64,000 nt of DNA, taken from IMG/VR virus record IMGVR_UViG_3300030376_005322. One strand, 5' to 3'. The DNA comes from an uncultured virus (IMG/VR IMGVR_UViG_3300030376_005322). Its lineage: Duplodnaviria; Heunggongvirae; Uroviricota; Caudoviricetes. The notes beneath the pieces were generated by a model, which made no database searches, was not told the DNA's origin, and worked only from the letters and a program-made list of their open reading frames with translations. A program made the position numbers and the translations under genes. Positions 11,152-20,046 of this stretch are shown here, piece by piece. Position 1 is the stretch's first letter. Each line of letters opens with the position of its first letter.

Positions 11152-11178
11152 AACCTATTCTCTCTCACTTAGGGTCTG

Positions 11179-11547
11179 TCATTCAACTTTTTCAGAGAAT
11201 TCTTTAATTATTTCTTCAGAGGGAGCAGTTTCTACAGACATTCCACCTAAAGCCGAAGCCCAGCCTAGTAACTCTGTTTGAGATTTAGGTTTCTTTTTGA
11301 CTTCAGGGCGACTACACGCAGCAATAAGTTGAGCGGGAGAAGCATCCCAAAAAGAAGAAAGAGGTTGGTGGACTTGACACCAAGCATAAATTGCTTGGTC
11401 CCACGGGTAGTTCCCTAATCCGTCTTCTCTTCCGCTTCCATCTCGTCTAGGCTCTTTACCAATTCGTCGTTCAGCACTGTCATCTGCGAGTCCGCCGCCG
11501 CTTCCGCTTGTTTTAGTAGGCGACTCGCTGTTGTGGGGTCCACGCCG
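11179..11547 (-). CDS. tail assembly chaperone, frameshift extension (gpT-like)
   Basis: -1 frame relative to 11415..11915 is open from 11547 to TGA 11179 and encodes ...YPWDQAIYAWCQVHQPLSSFWDASPAQLIAA...; no plausible own start; classical position before TMP. Confidence 0.7.
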   Translation of the reverse strand, partial: RRGPHNSESPTKTSGSGGGLADDSAERRIGKEPRRDGSGREDGLGNYPWDQAIYAWCQVHQPLSSFWDASPAQLIAACSRPEVKKKPKSQTELLGWASALGGMSVETAPSEEIIKEFSEKVE

Positions 11548-11915
11548 TTAGCGATAGCCCATGCGACGCCAACCGCACCACTGTAATCTGTGAGTCTCCC
11601 TTCCAACATGCGTAAACCAACTTTCTCAGTACTCTCTGAAAGAAGTAATGAGAAAGTTCGGCGCATTGAAGAAACAGGCTTTTCTTCCATCTGTTCCTGC
11701 CAATTTGGTAAACCATCCCACAATTCTTCGATATCAGCAATCGAATTATGGGTAAAGCGAACATAAAACTCTTCGGTTTCCTGTTTGCCTTCGGCATCAT
11801 ATATGGGCACCCATTTGCCGTCTTCTTCTCGAAGAGTCGCAATCTGCACAGGCACGCCTTTGTTTTTAAGTACTAACGGTGAATAATCCATACCTGTAGT
11901 GTACAACGCATTCAT
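11415..11915 (-). CDS. tail assembly chaperone (gpG-like)
   Basis: Between major tail protein and TMP; overlapping -1 ORF downstream. Confidence 0.8.
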   Translation of the reverse strand: MNALYTTGMDYSPLVLKNKGVPVQIATLREEDGKWVPIYDAEGKQETEEFYVRFTHNSIADIEELWDGLPNWQEQMEEKPVSSMRRTFSLLLSESTEKVGLRMLEGRLTDYSGAVGVAWAIANGVDPTTASRLLKQAEAAADSQMTVLNDELVKSLDEMEAEEKTD

Positions 11916-11925
11916 AGACGCGGCA

Positions 11926-11952
11926 AGGACAGAGGCGGTATACCTCTGTCCT
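11926..11952 (-). terminator. hairpin after major tail gene
   Basis: Perfect 10-bp inverted repeat AGGACAGAGG/CCTCTGTCCT; weak U-tract. Confidence 0.5.
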
Positions 11953-11981
11953 CGAACGTACTAACTACTGTTGCTTAAAAA

Positions 11982-12551
11982 TTAAGCAGTTGTTTCAGCA
12001 GTTTCTGAGAATACGATACTTCCGAATCCCTTGTTTGTATCAAGCGGAAGGATTGCTTCTGCTGTGAATGAAGGGGTAGAGAAATCATCGGTGGACCCAG
12101 AAATAAGAGTTCCGCCCGTAATTTGGCACTTGTGAAGAAGCATACTTACAGAACCAACAGCATCACCAGCACCGCCAGTTTGCACGTCAGTAAGTAAGAA
12201 TTTAACACCGAAGTATGGGAGTGACCCACCAGCAATGCTCAATTCGCTTGTCTCTGCGTCACTTGAGCCTCCTGCAGCGACAGTGCCGCCGAGGATTTTT
12301 GAAAGAACATCTAAAGATAATTCAGAGTAGGTGGCTGAAAAGTTAAGACGATCAATCTTTCCTTTTTTCGCTACTACTTTTGCGTCACCTTTAAGTTCTG
12401 CAGTTATTAAGTTTGGTTCTACGCTTACTTCTTGAATGCCGGGAACATCGATAGGGCTCGATGAGGCCCAAGTACCGCCAACTGTGTCAGCGATCGTATA
12501 GACCTTACAGTCCTGAACATCAAAAGTAATCGCACTATTTGCAACAGCCAT
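11982..12551 (-). CDS. major tail protein
   Basis: ~190 aa, 'IDVPGIQEVSVEP....ELKGD' tail-tube pattern; upstream of chaperone and TMP; start at ATG 12551 after GAGGT. Confidence 0.85.
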   Translation of the reverse strand: MAVANSAITFDVQDCKVYTIADTVGGTWASSSPIDVPGIQEVSVEPNLITAELKGDAKVVAKKGKIDRLNFSATYSELSLDVLSKILGGTVAAGGSSDAETSELSIAGGSLPYFGVKFLLTDVQTGGAGDAVGSVSMLLHKCQITGGTLISGSTDDFSTPSFTAEAILPLDTNKGFGSIVFSETAETTA

Positions 12552-12652
12552 TGTATACCTCATCTCCTAAATGATTGGGGGCCGTGATTTACTAAATCTA
12601 TTCTGGCACGCTATTTTGTAAGGGAGAGAGAGGGTATAGGAAGACTAGGCGT

Positions 12653-15600
12653 TTATTCCTGTACGTCTATTATGAGTTTGTACCAGCCTGTTGTCCCTGC
12701 ACTATAAACCTTTGGTTTGACTGTATAAGTACCAGCGGTCAACTCTCTTGTTATTAAAGAGTCCCAGCAGTTCCCGTCACTAGGGCAGTTGTTCCCACAT
12801 GAGCAGCCGTCATCATCGTCTTTTTCTATCAAGTTCCCGTTGCTGTCATAAAGATAAATGTATGGGTCTCCATATTCATCTTCCTCATTATTAGCGTCAC
12901 CGGGCCAGCCATCACAAGTCAATTCTGTTTCAGCCCGTATTACAACAGTTGTTGTTTCCGTGAGTGTGAATGTGACTGAATCTTCGTCGTTGGTAAAGTT
13001 CTCAATGTCTGCGATACAGAAGTCTCCAAACCCTGTCCATACAGTATTGTTGCCTCCTGTTAAAGCGCAGTCGTTAGACCATGAAGATGTTGAAGTCGAA
13101 ACATCAGTTACGTTATATGCGTCAGAATATGTTGTTTCAACAAAACCATCACTCCATATAACTTCAGTGATGTCTGTGTATGTAGTTACAGTTGTTTCAG
13201 TGGTGGTTATGTAATCATGCCAATAACCATCAGTGGCTTCACTCGTAACTGTCTCCGTACTCGTAGTCATATTCTGAGCATCCTGCCTCTGGGTAACAGA
13301 AGCAGTACCCGGAGTTGCACACCCACTCGGTTTGTCCGCTGTCATATTCATCATATTCATAGGACTCATCATCATCATATTCATAGGACTCATCATCAGA
13401 CTCGTAGACATCATCCCCCCAGTCCCACTCCTCCTCGGATTCCTCACCATAATCCCCTGATTCGTCTGACCCGTATAATCCTCCCTCCAGATGCACTCCC
13501 GATCCGTCGCTATCAGTTCCGTTACTTCCTCCATATCCGTCCCAGTCGTAATAACTGTCGTCACTTCCGTCACTGAATCCCCCCAAATAGTCTCCGTCGT
13601 GATCTCCCCCCCCGTATTCCAAGTCTGGATTATCCCAGTCGAATTCTCCGTCTCCATAAAAGTCATGTAAGTCGTCAGAGTCGTGAAAACTGTCGTCCTC
13701 CAAATCTCCGTCATCGTCCCGCCCTCGTCCATAAAAGTCTGGGTGTTGGTTGTAAAGGTACTGGTCGTATTCGGAGTAACTGTAGTCCAAGTCCGAATCG
13801 GTAAACTCCTCTGAATCGTCTCCGTACTCACCAGAATAGGGGTCGTAATAACCCCACTCGCTAAAGGGTCGTCATCACCCCAATCATCCCATTCTTCTTC
13901 TTCTCGAAACCATTCCTCGTCATAGTTCACCTCTTCCCAATATTCATCTTCCCAATATTCATCATCTATATCTAAAAGAACATCTGTTAAAGATTCTTCA
14001 GTCTCCCAATATTCTTCTTCCTCATATTCTTCAACCCAAGATTCGCCTAAGACTTCTTCTAATCTCCCCTCGCTGACAGCGATAAAATACTCAGCATCTG
14101 TAGCGACCCAAGATTCGATCTCGTCTTCCTCTTGAATAATTTCCCCAGATTCTTCGTCGTAGTCGATCTCTACAACAAGAGGAGGGGGCTCTATCTCACC
14201 TTCATCGTCTCCTTCTTCAAGGATGTATAAAGAAAGATCGATTTCTATTTCTGCGAGAGACTCCCCATCTTCGCTCCTAACCCCAATGTCCATTGTTTCT
14301 GGTTCGTCTTCTAAAGTTTCAGCATCATCTGAAGAGAACTGAACTTCAATTTCTTGTCCTTCGTCTAACTGGATTTCTGCTTCGAGAGCATCGATGGCAA
14401 TAGAGACTGTTGCTTCAGAAGCGTCACCGATCTCTAACGAATCTTCAGAGAAGTTAACTAGCGATTCTTCTTCTTCTCCTTCTACCAACTCTTCTTCTTC
14501 AGGTTCTTCCTCTAAGACTGCTTCAACCTGTAGTGATCTTTCTTCATCGAGAATTAGTAACGAGAACCGTTCTTGTGTGTCGTTACTTGCTGGAGTTCCT
14601 GTAGAAGTTCCTGAATCTAAAACCTTTACGTCGGCAGAGAAAGTTTCTACCGTCGCTGGTAAAGAAACAAGAACAGGGTCTGCTGTAGAAGGACCTGATA
14701 TTAAATACCTGAAAGTAGCACCCGGAATCTCGTTAATGAACTGCCCGTCGTAATACCCGATTCTTTGACCGTCGCTAGTTTCAACTTGGAGGCTTGCTTG
14801 CTTCTGCCCTGAAGAAGCAACCGTAAGAAGTGTCCCTGATTTTGCGTCTCCCTCTGTTGGGCAGAACGGGCAACTAAAAGGTGGCTTTCTGGAAGTCATA
14901 GGTGTGAGTTCCATAGTCCCAGCGCCACCCGACCAAGCAGAAGCCTCTTCTGAAGGGTTCACAGCGGCAAGAGCATATATCCAGCCGTCTTCGTTTACGT
15001 CTATCCATCGTTCTTGGTTGGGCCAGTTCGAGTCGTAAATAAAGATTCTATATCCTTCAGAGTTTTGCTCAACCCTGTATGGCGTGACAGCATGTCCTCC
15101 TTCATCGGAGTAAATGCCTACGGTGAAACCATTTGCTTGCCCGCCGGATTCAGATTCTTGAAAGTCTTCCATCAAGATGCGAGCCAAATCTAATGGTTCC
15201 ATTTGTCTGTAAACTGAAGCCCTTTCTTGAACTTCAGGTGCGAATTGTGAAACGTACCAGAACGCTAATTCGCTTAACAGAGCAGGGTCGTCTTTGACTA
15301 ACTCTGCGACTGTTTGTACCTGTTGAAAATTCTGGATAGTTGAAACATCACCAGATAATCTCAAACTCAATACTGCTAACCCCTCACACAAACCGCCTTT
15401 CATGGATCGGTTTGCCTGAGCGATCAACTGTAAAATCACAGGGAACGGGGTGCATTGGTTATCGACTACTGACTGGCAGGCTTGCTCATCGCCATACATT
15501 CTGCGAGCCATGTTTACTGTCAGGTCTGCTGGAGGTTCTCCTCCTCCGAAGTTCTCAAAAGAAAAAGCATCGTTACCGGGAGTGAAAGGTATCTCCCACT

Positions 15601-15733
15601 GTTCAGTAGGTAACCCTAAATCTAAAGTTGTTGCTTGGACAGGTTGAGTTACCTGTGGTTCTTCAATTTTCGCCTTCCCTGAGCAGGCAACCCCTAATAA
15701 TGAGAGGATGAGGATTCCCGCCAAGGCCCTCAT
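12653..15733 (-). CDS. large acidic putative lipoprotein with Thr-rich repeats and C-terminal PPC-like domain
   Basis: Lipobox LGVAC after a hydrophobic signal. Possible papain-like Cys/His/Asp motifs (GLCEG, GGHAV, IYDSN). C-terminal 'DPYIYLYDSNGNLIEKDDD...LTAGTYTV' resembles a bacterial pre-peptidase C-terminal domain. Confidence 0.7.
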   Translation of the reverse strand: MRALAGILILSLLGVACSGKAKIEEPQVTQPVQATTLDLGLPTEQWEIPFTPGNDAFSFENFGGGEPPADLTVNMARRMYGDEQACQSVVDNQCTPFPVILQLIAQANRSMKGGLCEGLAVLSLRLSGDVSTIQNFQQVQTVAELVKDDPALLSELAFWYVSQFAPEVQERASVYRQMEPLDLARILMEDFQESESGGQANGFTVGIYSDEGGHAVTPYRVEQNSEGYRIFIYDSNWPNQERWIDVNEDGWIYALAAVNPSEEASAWSGGAGTMELTPMTSRKPPFSCPFCPTEGDAKSGTLLTVASSGQKQASLQVETSDGQRIGYYDGQFINEIPGATFRYLISGPSTADPVLVSLPATVETFSADVKVLDSGTSTGTPASNDTQERFSLLILDEERSLQVEAVLEEEPEEEELVEGEEEESLVNFSEDSLEIGDASEATVSIAIDALEAEIQLDEGQEIEVQFSSDDAETLEDEPETMDIGVRSEDGESLAEIEIDLSLYILEEGDDEGEIEPPPLVVEIDYDEESGEIIQEEDEIESWVATDAEYFIAVSEGRLEEVLGESWVEEYEEEEYWETEESLTDVLLDIDDEYWEDEYWEEVNYDEEWFREEEEWDDWGDDDPLASGVITTPILVSTETIQRSLPIRTWTTVTPNTTSTFTTNTQTFMDEGGTMTEIWRTTVFTTLTTYMTFMETENSTGIIQTWNTGGEITTETIWGDSVTEVTTVITTGTDMEEVTELIATDRECIWREDYTGQTNQGIMVRNPRRSGTGGMMSTSLMMSPMNMMMMSPMNMMNMTADKPSGCATPGTASVTQRQDAQNMTTSTETVTSEATDGYWHDYITTTETTVTTYTDITEVIWSDGFVETTYSDAYNVTDVSTSTSSWSNDCALTGGNNTVWTGFGDFCIADIENFTNDEDSVTFTLTETTTVVIRAETELTCDGWPGDANNEEDEYGDPYIYLYDSNGNLIEKDDDDGCSCGNNCPSDGNCWDSLITRELTAGTYTVKPKVYSAGTTGWYKLIIDVQE

Positions 15734-15735
15734 GG

Positions 15736-16155
15736 TTAACGTCTTCGGCGTTTTTGATAAATATAAAGAAGGGCGATAAATAACATGACGCCACCAGCAA
15801 TAAGTATCAGAGTTATCGAACCTGAAGTTGTCGATGGGTCGAGACTAAAGTTTTTAGTCCCCCCTCCTAATAGGTCATTCCCGACTTGTAGTTCTGCTAC
15901 TGCTTCTTCTAGTTGTGCTACTTGATCCTGTAAGGCTGCTTCTTCTGCGCTTGATTCCCATAAGAAACCGAATGCTCCAGTTATCGCTGCCGGTAACCCC
16001 AGTATGTAAGCGATGTTGTCTTTGATTTTGTCAACGATCCCTACAGCGGAGTCTGTTTTTTCTTTTATACTTTTTGAAGGCGTGTCGCCTCCTGTTGTCA
16101 GCATTGCTTCTTGTAGATGATGTAATGCTTTACCTAAATGTTCTGATTCGCTCAT
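15736..16155 (-). CDS. membrane protein
   Basis: Two hydrophobic segments and basic C-terminal tail KRRRR. Confidence 0.65.
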   Translation of the reverse strand: MSESEHLGKALHHLQEAMLTTGGDTPSKSIKEKTDSAVGIVDKIKDNIAYILGLPAAITGAFGFLWESSAEEAALQDQVAQLEEAVAELQVGNDLLGGGTKNFSLDPSTTSGSITLILIAGGVMLFIALLYIYQKRRRR

Positions 16156-17960
16156 GATCCCTCCAGCGCCGCAACTCTTGTTGTTAATTCTTGTACCGCT
16201 TTCAAAAGCATTGGTATAAGAACAGATGTTTTAACTGTTTTAACTCCAGTGTGTTCCACCACCATTGAAGGAAATACTTGTTCAACTTCCTGAGCGACTA
16301 AACCAAGCATCTTCTCAGATGGTTCGTCAAGAGGCTCGTAAGTTATAGTTCCTTCATCGAAAACCATTTGATTACCTAATTGGTAAGTGACGACACGCAA
16401 ACGGTTTAAGTCGGTTAAGTAACTTCTAGCGTCAGCAACGTTTATTTTTAACCGTTCGTCTGAAATACCTCCCCATGAATCTGTCTTGTTGTATGCGTTG
16501 CCTGAATTGTCAATATAAAACATCATGTGTGCAGTTGCACTAGACGCTGCGGCTGTACTTAACGTACTACCAGTAGCCCGACTAACAGCAAATACGTCAT
16601 CGTTGCCGTAAGGCATACCTGAATACCAAGTCCGATCAGAATAAGCGTTAAAATAATAAGTCCCAGCCCCACGTTGTTGGTCGTATGCAGTAATCATCAC
16701 AGACCCTTGCGTATAACCCACATCGTAACCACCTAAAATCTGAAGATCGGTAGAACCAGAAGAATCAACCTGAATTTTCTGCGACCAACCACCATCACCA
16801 GAAGTGTAAGAATCTTGAAACCATAACCTGAATTGACTTGAACCAGCGTTTTGCCACAGCCAAGCATCATCACCATGATGCGCCATGATTTCTGACCATA
16901 CGTCTAGTTCACGCATTGGTGTTGTAGTACCAATACCAACATTGCCAGAAAGATCAATAGTCATTGCAGTATTTGTAATCCCTGATGCATAACTATTAGA
17001 AGTTCCAAAATGCATAGAAGAACCGCTACCAGTTATTTTTGTAGCGATACGACCTAAAGCATAGTTATTCCCTGAATACCCAAAATCAAGTGCCGTAAAA
17101 TCACCAGAATCATATTGGTTGTTTACCAACTTCATTACACCCAAACCAGTGCCAGTGAAAGAAGTCAAATCATCGTCAGAATGAATCTCTAAAGTATGCA
17201 AAGGAGAAGTATCTCCGATACCAACCTTGCCAGCAGGGGTCATAATCATGTGAGTAGTAGGGTTAGTCGTGTGATTATTTTCATAATCCTCATCAGCGTT
17301 AAATAAAATACCAGTATGCCCAAGGTCTATACCTACTGCTTGAGGATAACTATTAATATCTAAATGATGGAAATTGCTGTCAGTCCCACGCTCATAATTC
17401 CATGCCAGTGAAGTTCTGTAAGAACCCTGAGTACCTACAGACCCGTAATTACCTAATGCAATAGTTGAATTATTCCAAGGTTCCTGAGTATACGACGTTT
17501 GGCCTGTCTGCATTTTTGCAGCAGCAAAAACAGGACCATTAACAATAAGAGAGTCAGCACTTTCATCCCACAACATGTACTTACCAGAAGTAGCACCAAA
17601 GAACTTGACATCATGCCCAGTGTCATCTACTCCGACAGTAACTGTGTTATCTATTTGGACAGCGCCATCAATGTCTACAGCATCAAGATTCGTGGTTCCG
17701 TCAATATCGGCATTTCCTGATATGTCTAAAGTTGCTGCGTCAAGTTCGCCAGCCACAGTTAAATTAGTTCCATCAAAAGTAAGGTTTGCTGAACCCGCTA
17801 AGGAACCAGAACTGTTATATTGCACCTGCGTGTTAGAACCAGCGACAGCAGTAGCACTAGCAACAGTTAAATTCCAAGTAGTGCCATCCCAAGTCCAAGT
17901 ATGATCGCCTTGCGTAACCGTGTCGTTTACAGAAGGGCTGTCAGTAAAATTAATAGCCAT
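16152..17960 (-). CDS. tail fibre/spike with peptidase S74 chaperone domain
   Basis: GNVGIGTT repeats; C-terminal SDERLK...GLVAQEVE...LIPMLLKAVQEL. Confidence 0.85.
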   Translation of the reverse strand: MAINFTDSPSVNDTVTQGDHTWTWDGTTWNLTVASATAVAGSNTQVQYNSSGSLAGSANLTFDGTNLTVAGELDAATLDISGNADIDGTTNLDAVDIDGAVQIDNTVTVGVDDTGHDVKFFGATSGKYMLWDESADSLIVNGPVFAAAKMQTGQTSYTQEPWNNSTIALGNYGSVGTQGSYRTSLAWNYERGTDSNFHHLDINSYPQAVGIDLGHTGILFNADEDYENNHTTNPTTHMIMTPAGKVGIGDTSPLHTLEIHSDDDLTSFTGTGLGVMKLVNNQYDSGDFTALDFGYSGNNYALGRIATKITGSGSSMHFGTSNSYASGITNTAMTIDLSGNVGIGTTTPMRELDVWSEIMAHHGDDAWLWQNAGSSQFRLWFQDSYTSGDGGWSQKIQVDSSGSTDLQILGGYDVGYTQGSVMITAYDQQRGAGTYYFNAYSDRTWYSGMPYGNDDVFAVSRATGSTLSTAAASSATAHMMFYIDNSGNAYNKTDSWGGISDERLKINVADARSYLTDLNRLRVVTYQLGNQMVFDEGTITYEPLDEPSEKMLGLVAQEVEQVFPSMVVEHTGVKTVKTSVLIPMLLKAVQELTTRVAALEGS

Positions 17961-20014
17961 TACGCACCTTCCAGCGCTTCTACTTTATCTGCCAATTTTT
18001 GACACATTTGAAGCAACATAGGTATGAGCACTGTTGTTCTTATGCCTTTATACCCGTGCTCATTTGTAGTCACTAATCCAGATATATGTTTTTCAACTTC
18101 TTGTGCTACAAGCCCCAGCATTTTTTTACTTGGAGTTTCTAAATCTTCTAATGTTACTGTTCCATCTCCATTATCTTTAATATCTTTTGTTACCTGATAA
18201 TTGATGACTTCTAATTTGCGTAAATCTTCATAATAGTCACGACAAGGTTCGGTTGTTTTCAATCTACTATCTGAAGGAAACGCCCCATAAGAGTCTGTTT
18301 TGCTGAAAACATCTCCGTCTGCTTCAACATAGAAGATAACAGCACCTGTGCTGCCCACATTGCTTTTAAGAACAAATACATCGTGAGTGGTTGTTGAACT
18401 GTTTCGGTATCCACCTAATGCTATTGATGTGCTTTGACCCGCAAGCGCAGGATCAGTCCCGGGATAAGAAGCGCCTTCTAAACCAGCAATTACATTTCCG
18501 CCAGAAGTAATACGCATACGTTCAGTTTCATTTGTAGCAAACATAAGTGTTCGTGAACCAGAATTATGACCAACCCACATACCTGTATCATCTAAAGCGA
18601 TACCGCCTGAATACGATGGGCCATCAATCGTAAAATGCCCGTCCCAACCAGCACCGGGAGTAATCGCTGCCGAATTGTTTATATAAAACTTACCGGAAGA
18701 ACCTAAATGAAGATAGTCAGAACCGTTCGCTCTGATTTTCAAACTGTTATCGTTGTGGTCGTAATTAAAACCTCCAGATGATGAAGAGCCACTATCGCCA
18801 AACCGTATATAACCGTTTTTAGTTGTTCCCGAAGCGATAAGTAAGCCCATGTCGTCATCGGATTCAATAACAACATGGTGAGAAGCGCTAGGGGTTACAC
18901 CGCTATCTCCTTCTGTGACTTGAAGTAGGCGAGCAGGAGCGATGTTGTTGATACCAACTTTGCCGTCTGACAAAATCGCCATTCGGCTGTTGGAGCCATT
19001 TGTTTGAAACACAATATCTGAGGCGTTTGGATTGCGAAGCACCACATCGTCGGCAGTGGCGTAAGTAGTGCTAGAAGCAGTTTCTTTGAACAGAACGTCG
19101 CTGGCAGTCCCACTACGATTAAATTTTAATCCTTGACCAACAGGTAACTCCATATCGCCACCTGCGATGATAAGAGAGTCAGCACTTTCATCCCAAGTAA
19201 AGTTCGCTGACGAAGCGAACGCACCCGAAGAAGCATACTGAATCTGACCAGTAGCCCCAGCCGCCGCAGCAGAAGAAGCCCCAACCTCAACCCACTGGTT
19301 ACTAGAACCATCACCATAATAAATAAAAGTTTTACCAGTATCGGACTCAAACCAAAGGTTACCAGCCGAAGGGCTACCCGGAGCACTGTCAGCAATCGTG
19401 ACACTAGCGCCACCACCAGCAGAATCTTCCCACGCTACTCCGCTTCCTGTTGAAGTTAAAACCTGTCCATCAGAACCTTGAGCACCATTAACTTTGAAAT
19501 TAACTGCATCGAGTATGCCGGTAAGTGTGCCGTTTCTAAAACCAGTAATGTCTTTATTGCTGTCAACGATGACCGCTTTAGAAGCAGATATTGTTCCCGC
19601 TGTTATCCCATCGACAAGATTTAACTCAGCCGCAGTTGCAGTAACTGCTGTGCTGCCAAGTGTCAATAAGCCATCAGCGATTTCTAAACCGGTTCCGTTA
19701 ATTAACTTAAGAGCGTCTGAAGTCCACCTTGCAGAAATATTATTTGAGCCAGCCTTTACGTGTGTTACCTCAATAATGCCGTCTTCAGTGGTGTCTGTAG
19801 CGTCACCAATTTTTGCTGTTATTTTTGCGTAGACAACTTTCTGATCGTTGTCGTTCTCGCCCTGAAATTTAAGTTGGCCGATGTAATCTGAATCGGCGGG
19901 GCTAGAACTATTTCTATATAACTCGATTATTGGGGCTGCTGAAGAACCGGCATCTGTGTCTGTTACCGTGACAGTGCCCTGAAAGTTAACGTCTGATAAA
20001 AAGTCTTTAGCCAT
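17960..20014 (-). CDS. tail fibre/spike with peptidase S74 chaperone domain
   Basis: GKVGIN and ERMRITSGG repeats; C-terminal SDSRLK...GLVAQEVE...LIPMLLQ. Confidence 0.85.
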   Translation of the reverse strand: MAKDFLSDVNFQGTVTVTDTDAGSSAAPIIELYRNSSSPADSDYIGQLKFQGENDNDQKVVYAKITAKIGDATDTTEDGIIEVTHVKAGSNNISARWTSDALKLINGTGLEIADGLLTLGSTAVTATAAELNLVDGITAGTISASKAVIVDSNKDITGFRNGTLTGILDAVNFKVNGAQGSDGQVLTSTGSGVAWEDSAGGGASVTIADSAPGSPSAGNLWFESDTGKTFIYYGDGSSNQWVEVGASSAAAAGATGQIQYASSGAFASSANFTWDESADSLIIAGGDMELPVGQGLKFNRSGTASDVLFKETASSTTYATADDVVLRNPNASDIVFQTNGSNSRMAILSDGKVGINNIAPARLLQVTEGDSGVTPSASHHVVIESDDDMGLLIASGTTKNGYIRFGDSGSSSSGGFNYDHNDNSLKIRANGSDYLHLGSSGKFYINNSAAITPGAGWDGHFTIDGPSYSGGIALDDTGMWVGHNSGSRTLMFATNETERMRITSGGNVIAGLEGASYPGTDPALAGQSTSIALGGYRNSSTTTHDVFVLKSNVGSTGAVIFYVEADGDVFSKTDSYGAFPSDSRLKTTEPCRDYYEDLRKLEVINYQVTKDIKDNGDGTVTLEDLETPSKKMLGLVAQEVEKHISGLVTTNEHGYKGIRTTVLIPMLLQMCQKLADKVEALEGA

Positions 20015-20046
20015 TGCGTCGCCTTCCTATAATCGGCCTCCTATTA

